Shown here piece by piece: positions 1 through 64,000 of a stretch of 64,000 nucleotides of DNA. This DNA is from the human T2T-CHM13v2.0 reference genome, Homo sapiens. The translations under genes were made by a program, and so were the position numbers. Within the stretch, counting starts at the first letter, position 1; every line of letters begins with the position of its first letter. The stretch lies in assembly GCF_009914755.1 (NCBI RefSeq), contig NC_060946.1; one strand, given 5' to 3'. The notes beneath the pieces were generated by a model. It worked only from the letters and a program-made list of their open reading frames with translations. It was not told the origin of the DNA and ran no database searches.

Positions 1-254
1 AAAAGTGAAAAAGAAATAACTTTCCTAGAAAAACGGACCTGAATAGTCTGGGTTCAGGGTGAGATTCTACACTTTAAATGCCTCATTGATCCATCTGGGC
101 CCTCCAGGTGCAACACCTGACAACATCCATCGGCAACTTCGTCCATGAACACATCACGCCGGGGACTCAAGCACGTTAAACTGCTCCAATTGGTAGCTAA
201 ACGAGAGATTGCAAAACATGCCTCTACTCAACGGCTTAATGTCTGAGCACTTAC

Positions 255-330
255 CTCCCCCGCTGCTCTGCCGTTGGGAGCACTGGTCTCTGGGTGAGGG
301 ACTTCCAGCAAGAAGTATTCACAAATGAAA
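255..330 (-). other. MLC1: Probable non-coding first exon (5' UTR) of MLC1, divergent from MOV10L1; upstream boundary approximate
   Basis: Strong minus-strand donor GGGGAG|GTAAGT at 255/254. The exon sequence matches my recollection of the MLC1 5' UTR, and MLC1 is the known head-to-head neighbour of MOV10L1 at 22q13.33. No MLC1 coding sequence lies in the window. Confidence 0.65.
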
Positions 331-996
331 CAAAAGCTCAGCAAACTTGAGCTGAAGGCAGGGGAAGGAGAGCTGCTTCCTGAATATCAATGAGGGGAGG
401 AATCGGGTGGATCGTAGAAATGTTTCGTGTTGGTTGTGTAAACCACTGCCTCGGAGCTGTCAGAACCCAACTAGGAAAGGAAGGGGCCCTGCCTGTGCCA
501 CTCGCCACAGAGCTCGGGTCTCTCAGAAGAAAGAAGCGTCCCTAAGAATAGAATCCCACCAAGTACACATTCTGAGCAGGCTCTGTTTCTGAAACGTAAC
601 TGTTTACTCGAAGGTCTTCTACATCTTTCCAAGTAGCCTTTTTCCATCCCCCACAGCCACACGGTGGGAACCTCCTTCACACGGTCACATAAGCATTCAC
701 GCACTCGGCTTAGCTGTGTGGCCTTGGGCGGCTCCGGATTCGGCCCTGTGGTTTGCGTGGGCAGCCCGGATGGCTGGTGGGCCCGGTCCTGCTGCCCCCT
801 TTATCTCTGCTCACCAAGCAGAGAAAAACCACAGTAATGTGTGTCGCCCAGAGACACTGGCACCCTGACAACTACAGCAACGGGTTCTTTGTGCACATTG
901 TAAAAAGGCTCAAACTAAAGTTTCTGAAAAACCAGCTCCTTAAACCATGAACCCACATTAAAACTTGAGCAAAGTCATCAGGTTCCAGACCATGGG

Positions 997-1332
997 ATGT
1001 TCTGTTGTCTTCGTTTCAATCAAGCAAGAAGCTTTTAGTAAGCTTTTATTAGCTTTTAGTAAGTTTTTATTAGCTTTTAGTAAGATTACACATACAAGCA
1101 TCCCTGTCCCAGTGAAAATGCCCACTAAATCACCTCGATCAAAATGCGTAAGTGTCAAGTACGCATAAATGCAGCTCAAAACACTTTGCTCAACCTCACC
1201 CCCACAGGAAACAGCAGTGATAAATTTTTAGCAATAAACGAAAGTTTAAGCTATACTAGTATTTTAGGGTTAGTTAATTTTGTGCCAGCCACCACAGCCA
1301 ATGTTCTGTTGTCTTCATTTCAATCAAGCAAG
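997..1332 (+). repeat. 32-bp direct repeat (997-1028 and 1301-1332) flanking the NUMT, plus a 21-bp tandem repeat (~2.6 copies, 1030-1084)
   Basis: atgttctgttgtcttc(g/a)tttcaatcaagcaag occurs twice with 1 mismatch; tandem unit agcttttagtaag(c/t)ttttatt. Confidence 0.95.
1030..1300 (+). pseudogene. NUMT: diverged fragment of the 5' part of mitochondrial 12S rRNA (MT-RNR1-like)
   Basis: Collinear with mt 12S: tattagc-ttagtaagattacaca..caagcatccc..gcagctcaaaac..cccccac-ggaaacagcagtgat..ttagcaataaacgaaagtttaa..gctatact..gtgccagccacc. Confidence 0.93.
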
Positions 1333-1873
1333 GATGAGAAATAATTTTCAAAAACTATAATCTGTGAAGTCAAGAACTCATTTTAATGGATTGAGAAACC
1401 TCCCAAACTTCACTATCTTTTAAAGCGATAAACGGGATTAGTGGGAGTGGGTCCAACTGGATCGAATCCTCCTGTGTTTCTTTTTGTTTGGAAAAAAATG
1501 TTAATCGGATTTCAACATTTTTTTCTTTCAAAAGTTGCTCTCCACTTAGAAATACAAACAAGCTGCCCTGAACCAGAGGTTGCAGAGCAAATCCCTCAGC
1601 TTCCCAGATCATAAGTCATCACTTGAGAAATGCTCCCAAGTTTCTGTTGGCAACACTAGTTTCTAGAACAGGCCCTGTTCTTTCATACAATCTTCCAACA
1701 AATTCTTGCTCCTAAAATGCCCTTCATCCCTCTGCCTGCTGATGTCCCATCATCATTCAACATTCAACAAACATTTATGGGGTGGACAAAGAAGTGACGT
1801 CCTTCCTATAGGCTGTTTACATTCATTGGGGGCACAGGAGTGCACAGGATAAACAAATTAGTGTGTTATACAG

Positions 1874-2268
1874 TGATATGGTTTGGCTGTGTCCCCACTC
1901 AAATCTCATCTTGAATTGTAATTCCCATAATTCCTACATGTCGTGGAAGGGGCCCGGTGGGAGGTAATTGAATCATGGGGGTGGTTACCCCCATGCTGCT
2001 GTTCTCCTGACAATGAGTGAGGTCTTATGAGATCTGATGGTCTTTTATAAGGGGCTTTCCCCGCTTTTGCTCAAGACTTCTCCTTCCTGCCACCTTGTGA
2101 AGAAGGACATGTTTGCTTCCCCTTCCACCATGATTGTAAGTTTCCTGAGGCCTCCTCAGCCCTGTGGAACTGTGAGTCAATTAAAGCTCTTTCCTTTATA
2201 AGGACTTGACTCTAAAATTACCCAGTCTTGGGTATGTCCTTATAGCAGCGTGAGAACAGACTAATGCA
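1874..2268 (+). mobile_element. Solo MaLR LTR (THE1-type, THE1D-like), inserted within an L2-like remnant
   Basis: Starts tgatatggtttggctgtgtcccc and ends gagaacagactaatgca; TG...CA termini; candidate 5-bp TSD tacag/tccag. Confidence 0.85.
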
Positions 2269-3189
2269 TCCAGTGACACACATGATTTCCTCTATGAGGG
2301 AAAAGAAGTCAGGGGAGAGAAATGAGGGGCTGCTGTTTGCAGGGGCCAGGGCAGGCCTCAGTGAGAAGGAGGCAGGGAGGGGAGGCTGGCAGAGTTGAAG
2401 CAAAGGCCACAGGTTGGGGAAGGCAGGCGAGGACCATGCAAGGGGGATACAGGTAGGACAGCCAGGTGCCAGCACCTGTGGGTATGGAGACGACTCTGCT
2501 TCAACTCTGAGACAGACCTGCTGGAGGGGTCTGGGCAGAGCAGCATCCGGTCACTCACTGGGTGGAGAGCAGGCTGGGGGGTGGGAGGAGCAGGTGCTGC
2601 CTGGCATTGAGGTGGCAGTGGGCAAGTGGTGAGGAGGGACTGGGCTCTGAACAGGGTTTGAAGAGCGGACGCAATCTGCTGTCAGGGCGACGTTGCTGAG
2701 TTCTGTCTGAGCAGTGAGGACAGAGATGAGAAGACCAGGGTGGAGCAGGTGTGGAGCGAGGATCTGGAGTTCCATTCTGGACATGATGAGGCCGAGATGT
2801 CTGTGGGCATCTGCCGGGTCTACTGAGTCCAGAATCCCAGGGAGTGGCCCGAGCTGGGGAGCTGAGGGGCAGCCCTGCAGGCACAGCACCCGCTGCGAGC
2901 TGCCCTGGCAGGGAGCCCATGAGCCACCAGCCCTCATGCAGCTCGCTCTTGTTTCCAAGCTAATCTCCCACCAACCAGTAGGTCCCTGGGACCCTGCTGG
3001 CTCCTGTATGTGTTCCAGCACCCAGCCCAAGACACAGGCTTAGCGGGGATTTGAAATGCTAGGGAGTGCGCCACTCTCTCCCTTCCCACAGCAAGAACTA
3101 TCAGTACACTCTGCATCCATGGACAGGCAAGGTCCAGGCTGTCATCAGACTGACAGATCTGACCTAGGAAAATAAAGCTATGTCAATCA

Positions 3190-3843
<654 letters not shown>

Positions 3844-3849
3844 TAAAGA

Positions 3850-60762
<56,913 letters not shown>

Positions 60763-61537
60763 GTGAGCCCCGGGCATGGAGCGCGGCATGGGGCCTCCCA
60801 GGGCAGAGGTCGGAGTCCTCTCCTAGCTTCTGTCTGAGGGGCGGATGACCCAGAGACTCAGTGCTCAGGGAGGGAGGCAGGGCTGTGGGCGAGAAAGGCT
60901 GGTTGGGGAGGGCCGTGCCTGAATGGAGCTGGGGAAGCCGAGACCCCAAGGACTCGAAGGAGCCAGCAGTGGGATGGGCAGGCAGATGGACTGGCCCATG
61001 CAGAGGCCCCGCGGTGGGGGAGCACTGAGGTCTCCCCAAAGGAGACTGTAGAGCCAGAGCCTCGTGAGCAGGAACGGCCTGAAAGGGGTGGTGAGGGGGA
61101 GGCCTGGCGGGCTGTGGAGGGGCCTTTGGACGACCTCTGGTGAGCCGGGAAGCCAGTGAAGGGCTTCTGAGCAGGAGAGTGAGTCTCTTGGAGTGGGCGT
61201 GGGGAGGCAGGCTGCCTAGGAAACGGCTGGGCTCTGTAAGGTCAGACCCTGGGGGCCATTTGTGTCCCTGGCGCTGGGGGCTCTTCAGGGGAGACAGGCG
61301 GAGGAGATGGATTGTGGGGTGCCGGCTGTCATAGGAGGACCTCCCCTGGGGGCTGGGAGGAAGAGCTTCGAGCCCAGGGAGGCTGAGTGAGGACCAAGGC
61401 ACTCTCAGACCCCAGTGCAGGGGGGTGGGGTCGGGGAGGCAGCAGGCAGCTCCCTCTCAGTGCATAGAGCCAGACAGTGTCGGGGGCACAGGCTGAGGGT
61501 GAGAGAGGGAGAAGCCAGGGCCTCTGAGGGAAGCCCC

Positions 61538-61662
61538 ACCCTCCCTGACGGCCTGGAGACAGGTCGCTCTGAACAGTGTCCAGCGTCACAGTGGTCGTGA
61601 CCCTCCCTGACAGCCTGGAGACAGGTCACCCTGGACAGTGTCCAGCGTCACGGTGGTCGTGA
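61538..61662 (+). repeat. 62-bp tandem duplication (2 copies)
   Basis: accctccctgac(g/a)gcctggagacaggtc...cagtgtccagcgtcac(a/g)gtggtcgtg at 61538 and 61600. Confidence 0.92.
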
Positions 61663-61779
61663 GGGTGACCACAGGAGGTGGTCCGTCAGCTCCACATGGA
61701 GCAAAGGCACAGCCAGCCACGCCTATCACAGCGTGTCACGGATGGTTTCATCGGCGCGTTTAACTCTCTCACATACATG

Positions 61780-61952
61780 ATGTCCTTTCATCATGAGATT
61801 AGTAGAACGTGATTGATGAGACACTTTACATTTTTTTTGGTTCAAGTCTTCAAAATCCACCATGTATTTTACACTTAGAGCATGTCAGGTTTCAGACTAG
61901 CCACTGTGCGGTGCCCGAGAGCCGTGTGTGGCTACCGGATTGGACAGCACGG
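61780..61952. mobile_element. MER3/MER33-like hAT element
   Basis: tcttcaaaatcc..tgtattttacactta.agca..ctagccac..gtgtggctacc..attggacagcac. Confidence 0.6.
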
Positions 61953-62093
61953 ATCTGAACAAGACAGGGATTTTTTTTGTTAATGTGTGTTGATGAGTCA
62001 AAGGTCAAGAGCCGAAGAGCCAGTCCTCACTGGGGTGCAGAGGGCTCTTTAGGGGCAGAGCGGGCACTGCATGGACCCTGCACCCTGGAGCTG

Positions 62094-62101
62094 ATGTTCA
62101 G
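62094..62101 (+). CDS. MOV10L1: Coding end of an internal alternative first exon (ATG TTC AG, phase 2) for a short C-terminal MOV10L1 isoform
   Basis: ATGTTCAG|gtagtg ends in the same phase as exon 19, giving M-F-R followed by exon 20. Matches my recollection of a short isoform starting MF. Confidence 0.6.
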
Positions 62102-62127
62102 GTAGTGGGAGGAGGTGGCCGGCCAGG

Positions 62128-62371
62128 GCAGGCCGCTCTCTCAGAGGCACTCTGTGCAGAAGCAGGGAGGGTGCTGCAGGCCGCTCTCTCAGAGGCGCTC
62201 TGTGCAGAAGCAGGGAGGGTGCTGCAGGCCGCTCTCTCAGAGGCGCTCTGTGCAGAAGCAGGGAGGGTGCTGCAGGCCGCTCTCTCAGAGGCGCTCTGTG
62301 CAGAAGCAGGGAGGGTGCTGCAGGCCGCTCTCTCAGAGGCGCTCTGTGCAGAAGCAGGGAGGGTGCTGCAG
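62128..62371 (+). repeat. 48-bp VNTR, 5 near-identical copies
   Basis: gcaggccgctctctcagaggc(g/a)ctctgtgcagaagcagggagggtgct x5; only the first copy differs, by 1 nt. Confidence 0.97.
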
Positions 62372-62985
62372 CCCAGCTGCAGAGGCCCCACAGCGTTAGT
62401 TGGCCACTGGGGGCGGCTGGAGTGGGGAGGGGCACTTCAAAGGGCAAAGAAGTAGCAATGTCATCTGGCAAAAGTGACATTAAATAACTGCAATTAATAC
62501 AGAATTGAAACCTAAATACTTACATTCTAGGAAAGATACATAATGTTAATTTTTTTCAACAGAAATAGGGACATGAGATGGGGAAATGGCAGTTTGCTGA
62601 TTTCCACATCTTTCACTGGGAGGGGTTCACGGTGTCACTTGTGAAATCCGTGTCTTGAGAGTTACACATTGATACCTGAAGTGAAAGGTGTCAGCTGACC
62701 GTGAGTGGATGCAGGACATGTTGGGCCCAGCACTGCTGTAAGCAGGAGCCCGCCCCCGCACAGGTCTGACCACAGGGTCTCACCCCACAGTGGGACACCT
62801 GAGGCTCAGAGGTGATGGATTTGCCCAGCATCTAGGGTTGGAGAGGGGAGATCCTGGAATCAGCAGTGAGAAGGGTAAACGTGGGCTCGGCAGTGAGGAC
62901 GGTGCGGGCCCAAGGTGCGTCCTGTTGAGTGTTGGCGTGGCTCCGGACACTCTCTCTGCCCCATACCTGCTTCCTCAGGCATCAG

Positions 62986-63763
<778 letters not shown>

Positions 63764-64000
63764 TCCCAGGGCCTCAGCCTATTGGCATGCAGGCCAGGCA
63801 GTGCCCAGCTGAGAGTGGCTCACAAGGATGAGTCAGGAGGAAATGAGCGGATGGCAGGAGAGGCTGCCATCTGTGGCCGCCTGCATGGCCAGGCCTGTTC
63901 TCAGCGCTTTACAGCGGCCAGTTCAGCTGCTCTCACCTCAGCCACCTCCCGAGAGACACGTGGGAGGTGGAGGCTCAGAGAGGGGAAGTCAGGACTAGAG

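Noticed and set aside
809-880. Possible additional MLC1 upstream exon (minus-strand donor TTG|GTGAGC at 815/814)
   Set aside because: Only a donor-like motif, with no other support from sequence alone.
1030-1300. Functional 12S rRNA gene or micropeptide (ORFs 965-1168, 958-1179)
   Set aside because: A short, diverged fragment with indels in a nuclear context. The ORFs cross the insertion junctions and have no supporting signals.
62098-62480. 48-bp repeat array as a CRISPR array, or as repeat proteins (QAALSEALCAEAGRVL)n
   Set aside because: Units are head-to-tail with no unique spacers, in a mammalian intron. The ORFs exist only because the unit is a stop-free multiple of 3.

Overview
This is primate, almost certainly human, genomic DNA: Alu/L1-rich, with spliced genes. 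The window holds the 5' ~72% of MOV10L1, the germline piRNA-biogenesis UPF1-like SF1 RNA helicase, on the + strand. Coding exons 1-19 run from ATG 4988 to 60762. All have GT-AG junctions and join into one continuous 2627-nt frame (875 codons + 2 nt) that includes the Walker A motif GPPGTGKT; the gene continues past the right edge. Two in-phase alternative first coding exons are visible (MSFLPVRSVIGG at 5375 and MF at 62094). A probable non-coding first exon of the divergently transcribed MLC1 gene lies at the left edge on the - strand. Most of the ORF track is Alu-derived noise. I found no new multi-gene system. The most unusual structures are: (1) a mitochondrial 12S rRNA NUMT bracketed by a 32-bp direct repeat; (2) a ~0.5-kb duplication 35.5 kb apart whose recombination would remove exons 6-19 in frame; (3) an internal first exon with a stop/start-overlapping uORF followed by a 48-bp VNTR; (4) an old L1 relic that grades directly into the MOV10L1 CpG-island promoter; (5) a palindromic AT-rich minisatellite. 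Repeat-family names and repeat boundaries were recognised by eye and are approximate.
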